A stretch of 64,000 nt of DNA, taken from an uncultured Chloroflexia bacterium (GTDB lineage Bacteria; Chloroflexota; Limnocylindria; Limnocylindrales; CSP1-4). The stretch spans positions 1,868,293-1,932,292 of the forward strand of contig OY969885.1 in the NCBI GenBank assembly GCA_963704325.1, in the 5' to 3' direction. The position numbers were made by a program, and so were the translations under genes. A model generated the notes under the pieces. It had not been told where the DNA came from. It did no database searches and saw only the letters and a list, made by a program, of their open reading frames with translations. Positions 10,056-20,980 of this stretch are shown here, in pieces. Numbering within the stretch: position 1 is the stretch's first letter; every line of letters begins with the position of its first letter.

Positions 10056-10906
10056 TCCCGATCGGGCTCAATCTCACGTCGATCGGCGTCACGTCGGCGT
10101 GGTGGCTGGAGTCCGCGCGCCAGGCCGAGCAGGCCGGATTCAGCAGCCTCTGGTGCTGGGATCACTTCGTCACCCGCGGCAGGCGCAAGACCGATCCTGT
10201 CCTGGAGTGCTGGACGACGCTGACGGCCGCCGCGGCGCTGACGTCCCGGATCCGCGTCGGCAGCTTCATCAGCAACGTCATGAATCGTCATCCGGCCGTT
10301 CTGGCGCGGATGCTGGCCACGATCTGGGACCAGTCCGGCGGGCGTGTAGAGCTGGGCATCGGCGTCGGCGGCTCCGGCCGGGAGCTGGACATGTACGGCA
10401 TCGCCAAGCCAGATCCGCCGGTTCGGGTGCGCGTGCTGGAGGATGCCGTGGCGGTCCTGCGCAAGCTGTGGTCGGGCGGTCCGGTCTCCCATTCGGGGGA
10501 GTTCTTCTCGCTCACCGACGCTTGGGCACATCCCGCGCCCCAGCCGCCGCCGCGCATCATCGTCGGCGGCGAGAAGCCGGGCGGGGCGCGACTCGCCGCG
10601 CGCGTCGGCGACGGCTGGACGACGAACGCCGAGGACTACGAGCGGCTGCTGCCGCTTCACCTCGAGGAGCTCGCCGCGCACGGGCGATCGCGCGCGGAGA
10701 TGGCCCACCTGCTGGCCGTTTCGCTGGCGCGCGACGTGCCCCTCGAGCGCCAGCCGCTGATCGCCGACATGGCCACCTTCCTGGGTGAGTGGCACGAACG
10801 CGGCGCCGACGAGGTCATCGTCTCGTGGGTGCGCCCGGCGGAGCTGCCGGCGCTCCTGGACGCGGCGGCCAAGGCGGGCCTGGCGACCGGGGCCGGTACA
10901 GCCTGA
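10052..10906 (+). CDS. LLM-class flavin/F420-dependent oxidoreductase
   Basis: WCWDHF, ECWTTL, RHPAVLA, SGGRVELGIG; GTGA overlap with deoD. Confidence 0.88.
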   Translation: MIPIGLNLTSIGVTSAWWLESARQAEQAGFSSLWCWDHFVTRGRRKTDPVLECWTTLTAAAALTSRIRVGSFISNVMNRHPAVLARMLATIWDQSGGRVELGIGVGGSGRELDMYGIAKPDPPVRVRVLEDAVAVLRKLWSGGPVSHSGEFFSLTDAWAHPAPQPPPRIIVGGEKPGGARLAARVGDGWTTNAEDYERLLPLHLEELAAHGRSRAEMAHLLAVSLARDVPLERQPLIADMATFLGEWHERGADEVIVSWVRPAELPALLDAAAKAGLATGAGTA

Positions 10907-10935
10907 ACTGGCGATTGGTCGTACGCTGACGGCTG

Positions 10936-11427
10936 ATGTCCAGACGCCTCAGCCCCGCGCCCGCCCTTGCCGGAGACCAGCCGCACGACACGTGTTTCCG
11001 CTGCGGCCGTCCCACGCCAGCCGGCGTGTCGCTGTGCGCGCAGGACAATCCGGCGCGCATCAAGTCACCCAGTGCGACCCAGGTTCACGGCACGATCGTG
11101 ATCGGCGTCCTGGCTGGCTTCCTGCTGCTGGCGGCGCTGCTGGCTGCCGCCACGGCCGGCGTGGGCCCCTATCCGGCATCCGTTTCCGGCGCGGCGTCGC
11201 GCGCCGACGGCGGCCTCGACGTGGTGATCCAGGTCACCAACCAGGGCACGCGCACGGCCGGCGCGAGCTGCCGTGTATCGGCCGGCGGCTCGCCCGACTA
11301 TCGCGACCTGGTCTTCTTCACGGAGCCGATCCCGGCCGGCGAGACGCGCTCCGTGAGCCACACGATCGTGCCGCGCACGGACGGGGTCACGCTTCAGACA
11401 GGTTCGGTCGCCGTCCGCTGCAACTGA
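10936..11427 (+). CDS. Hypothetical membrane protein with Cys-rich N-terminus
   Basis: CFRCGRP...LC, one transmembrane helix, small Ig-like domain (VTNQG...C...C). Confidence 0.6.
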   Translation: MSRRLSPAPALAGDQPHDTCFRCGRPTPAGVSLCAQDNPARIKSPSATQVHGTIVIGVLAGFLLLAALLAAATAGVGPYPASVSGAASRADGGLDVVIQVTNQGTRTAGASCRVSAGGSPDYRDLVFFTEPIPAGETRSVSHTIVPRTDGVTLQTGSVAVRCN

Positions 11428-13004
11428 GCGTCTGACCCGGCCTCCTCGTCGTCATCGTCGGGCGCGGCGGCCTGGTCGTTGCGGATTCCCAGCCAATTGA
11501 CGGCCGCGCCCAGGGCGAGCAGGCCGGCCGAGGTGACCATGGCCAGGTGGAAGGCCTCCGTGGATGCTTCGCGCGCGGCGATGACCTGGTCGGGCGGGAC
11601 TTCCGGCGCGGGCGCATTGAGCGGCGGTATCGCTGCGCGCACCTCGCTCGAGCCTACGTCGAGGCCCGGGACGCGCGCCGCCAGCGACGCGTAGAAGGAC
11701 GCGGTCACGACGATGAAGATGAGCGCACCGGCGAGCTGCGGACCAACGCGCGAGATGGCGTTGTTGATGGCCGACCCCACGCCCGCCTGGCGGCCGGGAA
11801 CTGAGCGCATCAATGCCGTGGTCAGCGGGGCCACCATCATCGACAGGCCCAGGCCGAAGATGAGCGAGTTGGGCAGCACGTCGACGAAGTAGGCGCTGGT
11901 GGGCAGCCACGTGGACGGATCGCCCACGTTGAGCTGCCACGGAGCGCTGTCGGCCGGGATGCGCGCCAGCCACAGGACACCGAGGGCCATCAGCGCCGGC
12001 CCCACGGTCATGAAGATGCGCGGCCCGTACCTGTTGGCCAGCGCGCCGAAGCGCGTCGAGAGGAATATGAGCGCGAGCGAGCCGGGCACGAAGCCGAGGC
12101 CGACGGCGGGCGCGCTGTAGCCCAGCGTGCCCTGGAAGAAGATGGGCTGGAACAGGATCAGCACGTACAGCGAGCCGTAGATCAGCAGTGTCGAGATGTT
12201 GGTCACGGTGAAGTTGCGCGACCGGAACAGGCCCAATGGCACGAGCGGGTTGCGGGCACGGGCGAAGTAGACCGGCATGATCACGGTCGCCAGGGCGCCC
12301 AATCCAATGGCCACGAACGCAAGCGGGTCCTGCCACTGGCGCTGCTGGCCGTAGATCGCGCCGAACGACAGGCCGCCCACGGCGACCGCCACCAGGACGG
12401 CCCCCAGCCAGTCGAAATTGCCCTTTGCCCGCGGGTCACGCGACTCGGTGATGTAGCGCCGAGCGGCCCAGATCGCGATCGCGATCAGGGGCAGGTTGAG
12501 CAGAAATATCCAGCGCCACGAAAAGTCGTCGACCAGAACGCCACCCACGAACGGGCCCAAAATCGGCGTGACGCCGGAGGCGGCGGCCCAAACTCCGAAC
12601 GCGCGGCCCTGCTGCTCGCCCTGGAACGAGGTTGTCAGCATTGCCAGCGAGCCCGGGATCAGCACGGCCCCGGCGGCGCCCTGGAACAGCCGGGCGACGA
12701 TGAGTGTCTCCAGGTTGGGCGCCAGGCCGCAGGCGAGCGAGGTAATCGCGAACCCGACCAGGCCGATCAGGAACAGCCGAACCCGGCCGAAGTAGTCGGA
12801 CAGCGCGCCGGCCAGCACTAGGAAGGCGCTCAGCGTCAGCAGGTAGCCGTACTGGATGTAGTTCTGCCCTTCGAGCACGTCCACGAAGATGCGTGGCTCG
12901 CGGCCGATGGCAGGCAGCGCCACGGGCAGCACGGCCGAATCGAGGAAGACGATGCTCGAGCCGAGCACGGCCGCGATCAGAGTCCAGCGCTGGCTGGTGT
13001 TCAC
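11394..13004 (-). CDS. MFS transporter, DHA2 family
   Basis: FLDSAVLPVALP, GALSDYFGR, ARLFQG, WRWIFLLNLP. Confidence 0.93.
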   Translation of the reverse strand: MNTSQRWTLIAAVLGSSIVFLDSAVLPVALPAIGREPRIFVDVLEGQNYIQYGYLLTLSAFLVLAGALSDYFGRVRLFLIGLVGFAITSLACGLAPNLETLIVARLFQGAAGAVLIPGSLAMLTTSFQGEQQGRAFGVWAAASGVTPILGPFVGGVLVDDFSWRWIFLLNLPLIAIAIWAARRYITESRDPRAKGNFDWLGAVLVAVAVGGLSFGAIYGQQRQWQDPLAFVAIGLGALATVIMPVYFARARNPLVPLGLFRSRNFTVTNISTLLIYGSLYVLILFQPIFFQGTLGYSAPAVGLGFVPGSLALIFLSTRFGALANRYGPRIFMTVGPALMALGVLWLARIPADSAPWQLNVGDPSTWLPTSAYFVDVLPNSLIFGLGLSMMVAPLTTALMRSVPGRQAGVGSAINNAISRVGPQLAGALIFIVVTASFYASLAARVPGLDVGSSEVRAAIPPLNAPAPEVPPDQVIAAREASTEAFHLAMVTSAGLLALGAAVNWLGIRNDQAAAPDDDDEEAGSDAQLQRTATEPV

Positions 13005-13064
13005 CGCGCGATCGTACAGCGCGAAGCGTGGCTACCATCCCCCGATGAGCGGCACGGTGTTGAG

Positions 13065-13877
13065 CTGAGCGAGTACGAGGCGGAGCTCGACGTTGCGGTC
13101 GAGGCGGCGCGCCGGGCGGGGCGACTGCAGATGGAGCGCTACGAGCGCCTCGAGCGGATCGTCCACAAGTCCGATCACGACGTCGTGACAGAAGTTGACG
13201 AGATGTCCGAGCAGCTCATCATCGCTGCGCTGCGTGACGCGTTTCCGCACGACGCCTTCCTGGCCGAAGAGGGCGGCCGGATCGACGCGGTACCGCCGGC
13301 CGGTGGCGTGGGCACTGCGCCAGGGTCGGACGGGCGAACCTGGATCATTGACCCGCTCGACGGCACGGTGAACTACGCCAACGGCATCCCGGTGTTCTGC
13401 GTGTCCGTAGGGCTGGCCGTGGGCAACAGCGCCGTGGTCGGAGTGGTCTACGACCCGGTCAGAGATGAGATGTTCACCGCGCGGGCGGGCGGCGGCGCGC
13501 GGCTCGACGGGGCGGCCATCAGCCACCCGGTCAAGGACAAGCTGTCCGATTGCGTGGTGTCACTCGCCCTGCCCAGGCGTGGCTGGGCCACGCGCGAGAC
13601 GAAGGTTCGGCGCGCGATCCGGGTGTCGCGCTCGATGGGCAGCGCCGCGCTCGCACTGACCTACCTGGCCAACGGCCGCTTCGACGGCTTCGTGCAGGCC
13701 GGCGGTCTCTCGCTGTGGGACATCTGTGCCGCCGGCCTGATCGCGACCGAGGGTGGCGCGCGACTTACAACGCTCGAAGGCGGACCGTGGTTCGATATCA
13801 GTCGCGCGAGCCGGTCGATCGGACTGGTGGGTGCCGCGCCGGCCCATCACCAGACAGTCCTGGAGCTGCTCCAATGA
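13065..13877 (+). CDS. Inositol monophosphatase family protein
   Basis: WIIDPLDGTVNY and WDICAAGLI. The first helix (ELDVAVEAARRAG) lies upstream of ATG 13131, so the start is placed at CTG 13065. Confidence 0.88.
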   Translation: MSEYEAELDVAVEAARRAGRLQMERYERLERIVHKSDHDVVTEVDEMSEQLIIAALRDAFPHDAFLAEEGGRIDAVPPAGGVGTAPGSDGRTWIIDPLDGTVNYANGIPVFCVSVGLAVGNSAVVGVVYDPVRDEMFTARAGGGARLDGAAISHPVKDKLSDCVVSLALPRRGWATRETKVRRAIRVSRSMGSAALALTYLANGRFDGFVQAGGLSLWDICAAGLIATEGGARLTTLEGGPWFDISRASRSIGLVGAAPAHHQTVLELLQ

Positions 13878-13914
13878 ACGAAGGCTGCAGCGGCCTCGCG
13901 CGGCCCACGGGAGC

Positions 13915-14778
13915 GTGAGCGAGGCTGACATTGCGTCCGCGCTGCCCAAAGGCTGGCAGCCGTACGCCAGCGTCCACGGGACGGACCACACGGTCGTCGG
14001 CAACGTCTGCGTGTGGCCCACGCTGGACTCACCGGCCGAGCTCGGCGCGCGCGAGATCGTCGCCTACCTCCCGCCGTCGTACGGGCATGAAGACGCCTCG
14101 TCACGCCGCTATCCGGTGCTCTACTTCCACGACGGACAGAACGTCTTCGACGAGCGCACCTCGTACGTCGGCAAGTGGGCCGCGGACGAGACGCTGGAGG
14201 CGCTGTCAAAGGAGGGCATTGAGGCGATCGCCGTGGCCGTGCCCAACCGGGGCGCCGAGCGCATGGACGAATACAACCCGTGGCGCGAGCCGAGCCGCTT
14301 CACGAGCGGAAGGCTGAGCGGCGGCAAGGGCGACGCCTACATGGAGTGGCTGGCGGGCACCGTCAAGCCGCTTGTTGACCGCTCGTTTCCGACGCTCACA
14401 CAGCGCGAGGCCACGGGCCTCGCCGGTTCCTCGATGGGCGGTCTGATCAGCCTTTACGGGCTGGTTGCCCAGCCGCAGGTGTTCGGCCTATCTCTTGCGA
14501 TGAGTCCCTCGATCATGTGGCACGACTACGGCATCGTCCAGCTCATCGAGCAGGGCCGCATGCCCGCCGCGCGCATCCACGTCGACATGGGTGGCCGCGA
14601 ATGGCGCGGTGGTCTGGCCGATGGCCGGCGGCTGCGCGACGCGCTGGTGGGCGCCGGGTTCGTGGAGGGCCGCGACCTCAACTACGTCGAGGAGCGTTTC
14701 GCGCCGCACAACGAGACCGCCTGGGCGCGCCGCCTGCCGGACGCGCTGCGATTTCTGCTGGCGCCCTTCCGCCGCTAG
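13915..14778 (+). CDS. Alpha/beta hydrolase (putative esterase family)
   Basis: YLPPSY, YPVLYFHDGQNVF, GSSMGG, HNETAW. Confidence 0.88.
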   Translation: MSEADIASALPKGWQPYASVHGTDHTVVGNVCVWPTLDSPAELGAREIVAYLPPSYGHEDASSRRYPVLYFHDGQNVFDERTSYVGKWAADETLEALSKEGIEAIAVAVPNRGAERMDEYNPWREPSRFTSGRLSGGKGDAYMEWLAGTVKPLVDRSFPTLTQREATGLAGSSMGGLISLYGLVAQPQVFGLSLAMSPSIMWHDYGIVQLIEQGRMPAARIHVDMGGREWRGGLADGRRLRDALVGAGFVEGRDLNYVEERFAPHNETAWARRLPDALRFLLAPFRR

Positions 14779-15659
14779 TCCGCCCAGCGGTGGACGCGGC
14801 GGACAAGGTCGGGCGCGGCGAGCTGCTCGGCAAGGGCCTCGAACGGAGCACGATGCGCGCCCTTCCAGTGGATGTCGTCGAGCGTCTCGGTGATGACGGG
14901 CACGTCCGACACGAGCGTGGCCAGCTCACGGAACAGGAATGCCTCCTCGCGGTGATCGCGCAGCGAGGCGGCCAAGGTGGCTGCGCCGCGCACGCTCAGG
15001 TCCCAGTGCGCGACGCGCTCGGGGATGTCCTCAAGGTGCCCGTAGCGCGTCAGCACGGCGCCGGCGGACACCTTGCCCCAGCCCGGAATGCCCGGGTATC
15101 CGTCGGCCGAATCGCCGACCAGGGCGAGGAAGTCGGGGATCGATTCGGGCGCCACGCCAAAGCGCTCGCGCACCCCGTCGGCGTCGATCAGCTTGCGCTG
15201 CCGGCGGTCGTACATGACCACCGAGCCGTCCTCGCGCACGAGCTGGGCCATGTCCTTGTCGGGCGTCATGATCACCACCCGCTCGACTGACGGGTCATCT
15301 GCCCAGCGCGCCACGCCCGTCGCCAGGCCGTCGTCAGCCTCCCACTCGACCAGCGGCCAGACCACCACGCCCAGCGCGCGCAGCGCGTCCTCGCCCTGCT
15401 GGAACTGGCGCCTCAGCGCGGGATCGATGCCGGCGCCCGTCTTGTAGCCCGGCCAGCGCGCGTTGCGCCACGACTCGATCACGTGGTCGGATGCGCAAGC
15501 GAGATGGGTGACACCGTCCTCGCGGGTCAGGTAGAGGACGTTGTCGATCAGCCCGATCGTGGCATTGGCCGGGTTGCCGTCGCGGTCCAGGTGCTGCGGC
15601 CGCGGCGCGAAATGGGCGCGAAAGAGCTCGTAGGTCGCGTCGAGTAGGTGGACCTGCAT
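14775..15659 (-). CDS. Stand-alone 5'-3' exonuclease / flap endonuclease
   Basis: HLLDATYELFR, EADD, DKDMAQL, LVGDSADGYPGIPGWG. Confidence 0.92.
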   Translation of the reverse strand: MQVHLLDATYELFRAHFAPRPQHLDRDGNPANATIGLIDNVLYLTREDGVTHLACASDHVIESWRNARWPGYKTGAGIDPALRRQFQQGEDALRALGVVVWPLVEWEADDGLATGVARWADDPSVERVVIMTPDKDMAQLVREDGSVVMYDRRQRKLIDADGVRERFGVAPESIPDFLALVGDSADGYPGIPGWGKVSAGAVLTRYGHLEDIPERVAHWDLSVRGAATLAASLRDHREEAFLFRELATLVSDVPVITETLDDIHWKGAHRAPFEALAEQLAAPDLVRRVHRWAD

Positions 15660-15679
15660 GCGGGCCGCGGCGGGCTGAC

Positions 15680-16447
15680 TCAGTCCTTGCCGGGCTGCTC
15701 GGAGGCGTAGATCGCAGCGCCGATGATGCCTGCCGTGTTGAGATGCTGCGCGGCCACGATCGGGGCGCGGCTCTTCAGGTGGTCGCGGTACTTGGGCATT
15801 ACCTTGCTCACGCCGCCGCCAAGGATGATCAGGTCGGGCCACAGGTACGCCTCGAGGCGGGCGAGGTACTCGTTGAACTCGACCGCCCATGCCTTCCAGC
15901 GCAGCTTGCGCCTGTCGCGCGCCACGCCGGAGATGCGCGTCTCCGCGTCGCGCCCGGCGAGCTCGATGTGGCCCAGCTCAGTGTTGGGCACCAGGCGACG
16001 GTCCACGAACACGGCGCTGCCGATACCCGTGCCGATGGTCAGGATGAGCACGGTCCCGGCGCACTCGCGGCCGGCGCCCAGGCGCATCTCGGCGATGCCC
16101 GCCGCGTCCGCATCGTTGAGCGCATGGACGCGCCGGCCGAGTGCCGCACCGATGACGTCGTCGGCGGACTGCCCGATCCATGAGTTGTCGATGTTCGCGG
16201 CGGTCGTCACGACCCCGTTCTTGACCACGCACGGCAGACCGCAGCCGGCGGGCACGCCATCCGGGATCTGGGTGTCGCTGTTGATGCGGCCGACGATCTC
16301 GGCGACAGCCTTGGCAACTTCCTCCGGCGTCGACGGGCGCGGCGTGTTCACCCGAATGCGACGCGAGGCCAGCTCGCCGGTCGCCAGATCGACCAGCGCC
16401 GCCTTCGTGCCGCTGCCTCCGATGTCTATGCCCAGTCCAACCGCCAC
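15680..16447 (-). CDS. ppgK: Polyphosphate glucokinase (ROK family)
   Basis: [37 protein letters not shown]. Confidence 0.9.
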   Translation of the reverse strand: MAVGLGIDIGGSGTKAALVDLATGELASRRIRVNTPRPSTPEEVAKAVAEIVGRINSDTQIPDGVPAGCGLPCVVKNGVVTTAANIDNSWIGQSADDVIGAALGRRVHALNDADAAGIAEMRLGAGRECAGTVLILTIGTGIGSAVFVDRRLVPNTELGHIELAGRDAETRISGVARDRRKLRWKAWAVEFNEYLARLEAYLWPDLIILGGGVSKVMPKYRDHLKSRAPIVAAQHLNTAGIIGAAIYASEQPGKD

Positions 16448-16500
16448 ACGTCAAGCATAAAGGCGGCCGAATCGTCGGCTCGCCGTACCATGTGTGGCAC

Positions 16501-19212
16501 ATGTTCGATCAGTTCGGCGATTTCAAGCGCCAGCTGCCGGATCGCGATCCGCAGGAAACCTCAGATTGGGTCCAGTCCCTCGACTCCATCGTCGACGCGG
16601 ACGGTCGTTCGCGCGCCCAGTTCATCCTGTATCGGCTGCTGAAGCGGGCGCGCCAGCACAACCTGGGCCTGCCGCCGCTGACGGCGACGCGCTACATCAA
16701 CACCATCTCGCCCGAGCAGGAGCCGGAGTTCCCCGGGGACGAGGCGCTCGAGCTGCGCATCCGGCGCATGATCCGCTGGAACGCGGTGGCGATGGTCCTG
16801 CGCGCCAACACGCGCGCGCCGGGCATCGGTGGACACCTCGCCACGTACGCATCGGCAGCGACCCTGTACGAGGTCGGCTTCAACCACTTCTTCCGCGGCA
16901 AGGACGCGGAGGGCATGGGCGACCAGGTCTTCTTCCAGGGCCACGCCGCGCCCGGTGTCTATGCCCGGGCCTTCCTGGAGGGCCGGCTGACCGAGGACCA
17001 GCTCGACCACTTCCGCCAGGAGGTGCAGCCGGGCAAGGGCTTGAGCTCGTACCCGCACCCGCGCCTGATGCCCGACTTCTGGGAGTTCCCCACCGTGTCG
17101 ATGGGCCTCGGGCCGCTGGCCGCGATCTACCAGGCACGCTTCAACCGCTACCTCCAGGCGCGCGGCATCAAGGACACCTCGAACAGTCGCGTGTGGTGCT
17201 ACCTGGGTGACGGCGAGACGGACGAGCCGGAGGCAATGGGCTCGCTCTCGATTGCCGCGCGCGAGGGGCTGGACAACCTGACCTTCGTCGTCAACTGCAA
17301 CCTGCAGCGGCTTGACGGCCCGGTGCGCGGCAACGGCAAGATCATCCAGGAGCTCGAGTCCGTCTTCCGCGGCGCTGGCTGGAACGTGATCAAGGTCATC
17401 TGGGCGCGCGAGTTTGACGAGCTCCTGGCGCGCGACGTGGACGGCGCGCTGGTGGACAAGATGAGCGAGACGCTCGACGGCGAGTACCAGAAGTACTCGG
17501 TCGAGAGCGGCGCCTACATTCGCGAGCACTTCTTTGGGCCGGACCCGCGCCTGCAGGAGCTCGTCGCCCACCTGTCGGACGATGACATCCGCAAGCTGCG
17601 CCGCGGCGGGCACGACTACAACAAGGTTCACGCGGCGTACGACGCGGCGACGAAGTTCAAGGGCCGGCCCACGGCGATCCTGGCCAAGACCGTCAAGGGC
17701 TGGACGCTGGGCACGGGTGTCGAGGGGCGCAACATCACCCACCAGGCCAAAAAGATGACCGAGCAGGAGCTGAAGGTCTTCCGCGACCGGCTCCAGCTGG
17801 ACATCCCCGATGCGAAGCTCAAGGACGCGCCCTACTACCACCCCGGCGACAAGGCACCGGAGATCGAGTACCTGCGCGAGCGCCGCGCGGCGCTCGGCGG
17901 GCAGATGCCCAAGCGGGTCGTGCTGACCAAGACGCTCGAGTTGCCCGGTGACCCGGTCTACGGCGAGTTCATGACCGGCTCTGGTGCCCAGGAGGCCTCG
18001 ACCACGATGGCCTTCGCCAGGCTCCTGCGCAACCTGCTGCGCGACAAGGTCGTGGGCGATCGGATCGTGCCGATCATCCCGGACGAGGCGCGCACGTTCG
18101 GCATGGACCCGCTCTTCAAGGAGGTCGGCATCTACTCGGCGCTGGGCCAGCTGTACGACCCGGTCGACTCGAACCTGGTGCTTTCATACCGCGAGGCGAA
18201 GGACGGCCAGGTGCTCGAGGAAGGCATCACGGAGGCCGGCTCGTCTGCCTCGTTCCAGGCGGCGGGCACTGCATACGCCACGCATGCCGAGCCGATGATC
18301 CCGTTCTACATCTTCTATTCCATGTTCGGCTTCCAGCGCACGGGTGACGAGTTCTGGGCCTTTGCCGACGCCCGCGGCCGAGGCTTCCTGCTGGGCGCCA
18401 CGGCCGGTCGGACCACGCTCAACGGGGAGGGGCTCCAGCACGAAGACGGTCACTCGCTGGTGCTCGCCTCCACGATCCCGACCATCCGCCTGTACGACCC
18501 CGCCTTCGCCTACGAGACCGCGGTCATCGTGCGCGAGGGCATCGAGCGCATGTACGGCGCCAACCCGGAAGACGTCTTCTACTACCTGACCCTGTACAAC
18601 GAGAACTACGCCATGCCGGCCCGTCCGGAGGACGTCAGCGACGAGGACATCATCCGCGGCCTGTACCGCTTCAAGGCGGCGCCCGAAGTAAGTGGCGACG
18701 GCCACGCGCCGTTGCGCGCGACGCTCCTGGCCGGCGGCTCGATCATGCAGCAGGCGCTGCGCGCCCAGCAGCTGCTCGCCGAGCGCGGCGTGGCGGCCGA
18801 GGTCTGGAGCGCGCTGTCGTACCAGCTGTTGCGCAACGAGGCGCTCGAGGTCGACCGCTGGAACCGGCTCCACCCGGCCGGCCAGCCGCGCTCGCCGGTG
18901 GTCACGGAGCTGCTACGCGAGCCGGCCGAGCAGGGCCCGGTCATCGCCGTGAGTGACTTCATCACCGCCTGGCCGGACATGATCAGCCGCTGGGTGCCGG
19001 GTGGCTGGTGGCGCTCGCTGGGCACGGACGGCTTTGGCCGGAGCGACACGCGCGAGGCACTGCGCCGCTTCTTCGAGATCGATGCCGAGCACATCACTGC
19101 CGCCACCCTGGCCGAGCTGGCGCGCTGCGGCCGCATCGATGGGCGCGAGGCCGAGAAGCAGATCAAGGAGCTGGGCATCGATCCGGAGGCATCATTCGCG
19201 CTGCGCTCCTGA
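16501..19212 (+). CDS. aceE: Pyruvate dehydrogenase E1, homodimeric type
   Basis: [56 protein letters not shown]. Confidence 0.96.
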   Translation: MFDQFGDFKRQLPDRDPQETSDWVQSLDSIVDADGRSRAQFILYRLLKRARQHNLGLPPLTATRYINTISPEQEPEFPGDEALELRIRRMIRWNAVAMVLRANTRAPGIGGHLATYASAATLYEVGFNHFFRGKDAEGMGDQVFFQGHAAPGVYARAFLEGRLTEDQLDHFRQEVQPGKGLSSYPHPRLMPDFWEFPTVSMGLGPLAAIYQARFNRYLQARGIKDTSNSRVWCYLGDGETDEPEAMGSLSIAAREGLDNLTFVVNCNLQRLDGPVRGNGKIIQELESVFRGAGWNVIKVIWAREFDELLARDVDGALVDKMSETLDGEYQKYSVESGAYIREHFFGPDPRLQELVAHLSDDDIRKLRRGGHDYNKVHAAYDAATKFKGRPTAILAKTVKGWTLGTGVEGRNITHQAKKMTEQELKVFRDRLQLDIPDAKLKDAPYYHPGDKAPEIEYLRERRAALGGQMPKRVVLTKTLELPGDPVYGEFMTGSGAQEASTTMAFARLLRNLLRDKVVGDRIVPIIPDEARTFGMDPLFKEVGIYSALGQLYDPVDSNLVLSYREAKDGQVLEEGITEAGSSASFQAAGTAYATHAEPMIPFYIFYSMFGFQRTGDEFWAFADARGRGFLLGATAGRTTLNGEGLQHEDGHSLVLASTIPTIRLYDPAFAYETAVIVREGIERMYGANPEDVFYYLTLYNENYAMPARPEDVSDEDIIRGLYRFKAAPEVSGDGHAPLRATLLAGGSIMQQALRAQQLLAERGVAAEVWSALSYQLLRNEALEVDRWNRLHPAGQPRSPVVTELLREPAEQGPVIAVSDFITAWPDMISRWVPGGWWRSLGTDGFGRSDTREALRRFFEIDAEHITAATLAELARCGRIDGREAEKQIKELGIDPEASFALRS

Positions 19213-19523
19213 TCCTGCTCCTGCTGGCCTTCGCGCTCGGCGCTTGCCAGCCGCCCGCCGCACCGGCCAGTACGCCGTCGGCGACCGCGACCGGCGTGGT
19301 GATCACCGCCGACGGACCCAGTGCGGCGCAGGTCGACACGTTCAGCCTGCGCACCGCGAGCGGCGACGTCCTCCAGTTCAGCGTCGGCCGGCTGGATCTC
19401 TCGAACGGCGGCCTGCCCGCGCCGCACCTGCGCGAGCACCTTGTCAGCGGCGACCCGATCGAGGTCGGCTACCTCGTTGACGGCTCCGCCCTGATTGCCG
19501 TTCGCTTCGTGGACGCGCCCTAG
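19209..19523 (+). CDS. Small putative lipoprotein; start uncertain
   Basis: Hydrophobic stretch with LGAC lipobox. No nearby canonical start; candidates are CTG 19209 (CTGA overlap with aceE) or ATC/ATT at 19191-19196. Confidence 0.55.
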   Translation: MILLLLAFALGACQPPAAPASTPSATATGVVITADGPSAAQVDTFSLRTASGDVLQFSVGRLDLSNGGLPAPHLREHLVSGDPIEVGYLVDGSALIAVRFVDAP

Positions 19524-19601
19524 CCACTCACTCCTGTTCGTTGGGTTGCGTCGCGAGCGGCTCCGTAAGCACCAATCAGGCTGATGGGTCACCATCCCCG
19601 G

Positions 19602-20942
19602 GTGAACAAACTCGCTCTACTGACCCTTCTCCTGCTGGCCGCCTGCACCTCGTCTCCGACGGTGACGCCGACGCCATCCGCCGCGCCAGCCACACCGGCG
19701 GGAGGCACGTCCAGCCCGAGCGGGCAGCCGAGTGCCAGCGGGCAGCCCACGAGCAGCCCTCAGCCCAGCCCGACCTCGCCGGCCGAGTCGCCGACCGTCA
19801 GCCCGACCGGCTCGTCCACGCCGTCCGACCCGGCGTCCAGTCCAACGCCGCCCCAGGGCGCATTCGATCCCGACCGCGTTGCGCTCTCAGTCGAGCAGGT
19901 GGCCTCGGGCTACCCGCCGCTCACCCTGTTGACCAATGCCGGCGACGGCTCGGGCCGCATCTTCCTCGTCCAGCAGCGCGGCGTGGTCGTGACGATCGAC
20001 GCGGCGGGAGTCGAGACGGGCCAGTTCATGGACATCAGCGAGCGCATCAGGTCGGGCGGCGAGCAGGGTCTTCTGGGCCTGGCCTTCCACCCCGACTTCG
20101 AATCGAACGGCCGCCTCTTCGTCAACTACACCAATCGAGGTGGCGACACGATCGTGTCCGAGTTTGGCCTGGGAGCCGATGGCAACGTCGATCCCGCCAC
20201 GGAGCGTTCGCTCCTGGAGGTCAGCCAGCCATACCCGAACCACAACGGCGGCATGATTGCGTTCGGCCCGGACGGATACTTCTATATCGCCACCGGTGAT
20301 GGCGGGTCAGGCGGCGACCCGCTGAACGCGGGCCAGAACCTCAACACGATGCTCGGCAAGATGCTGCGCATTGACGTGGACAGCGGCGATCCGTATGCGA
20401 TCCCGCAGGACAATCCGTTCGCGGATGGGGGCGGCCTGGGCGAGATCTGGTCGTACGGCCTGCGCAATCCGTGGCGCTTCTCATTCGATCGCGCAACCGG
20501 CGGCATGTTCATCGGCGACGTTGGCCAGAACGCACGCGAGGAGATCGACGTCGAGCCGGCCGGAGAGGGTGGCCGCAACTACGGCTGGCGGATCATGGAA
20601 GCCGACCGCTGCTACGAGAACGCCAACTGCAACCGCCGGGACCTGACGCCGCCCGCCGTGGCCTATGGACGCGACAGTGGCAGCTGCTCGGTCACCGGCG
20701 GCTACGTGTATCGCGGCGCACAGTTCCCCAGCCTCTTTGGCGCGTACGTGTTTTCCGACTACTGCAGCGGCGTGCTCTGGGCGTTCGACGCCGAATCCGC
20801 GCTGTCCAGCGGACGGGCGCGCCTGGCCGAGCTGGGCCAGTCGGGCGTCAGCCCGTCCTCGTTCGGTGAGGACGAGGCGGGCGAGATCTACCTGGTCGGG
20901 CACGGAGGTGCCGTATACCGGCTCATTGCCGAAGACCGCTGA
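19602..20942 (+). CDS. PQQ-dependent sugar dehydrogenase (beta-propeller) lipoprotein
   Basis: LAAC lipobox, Ser/Pro/Thr linker, GEQGLLGLAFHP, NHNGG, GDGG, YGLRNPWR. Confidence 0.9.
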   Translation: MNKLALLTLLLLAACTSSPTVTPTPSAAPATPAGGTSSPSGQPSASGQPTSSPQPSPTSPAESPTVSPTGSSTPSDPASSPTPPQGAFDPDRVALSVEQVASGYPPLTLLTNAGDGSGRIFLVQQRGVVVTIDAAGVETGQFMDISERIRSGGEQGLLGLAFHPDFESNGRLFVNYTNRGGDTIVSEFGLGADGNVDPATERSLLEVSQPYPNHNGGMIAFGPDGYFYIATGDGGSGGDPLNAGQNLNTMLGKMLRIDVDSGDPYAIPQDNPFADGGGLGEIWSYGLRNPWRFSFDRATGGMFIGDVGQNAREEIDVEPAGEGGRNYGWRIMEADRCYENANCNRRDLTPPAVAYGRDSGSCSVTGGYVYRGAQFPSLFGAYVFSDYCSGVLWAFDAESALSSGRARLAELGQSGVSPSSFGEDEAGEIYLVGHGGAVYRLIAEDR

Positions 20943-20980
20943 CGCCTGCGCCTGACGATGGGGCACGTGATCAGCCGCCG

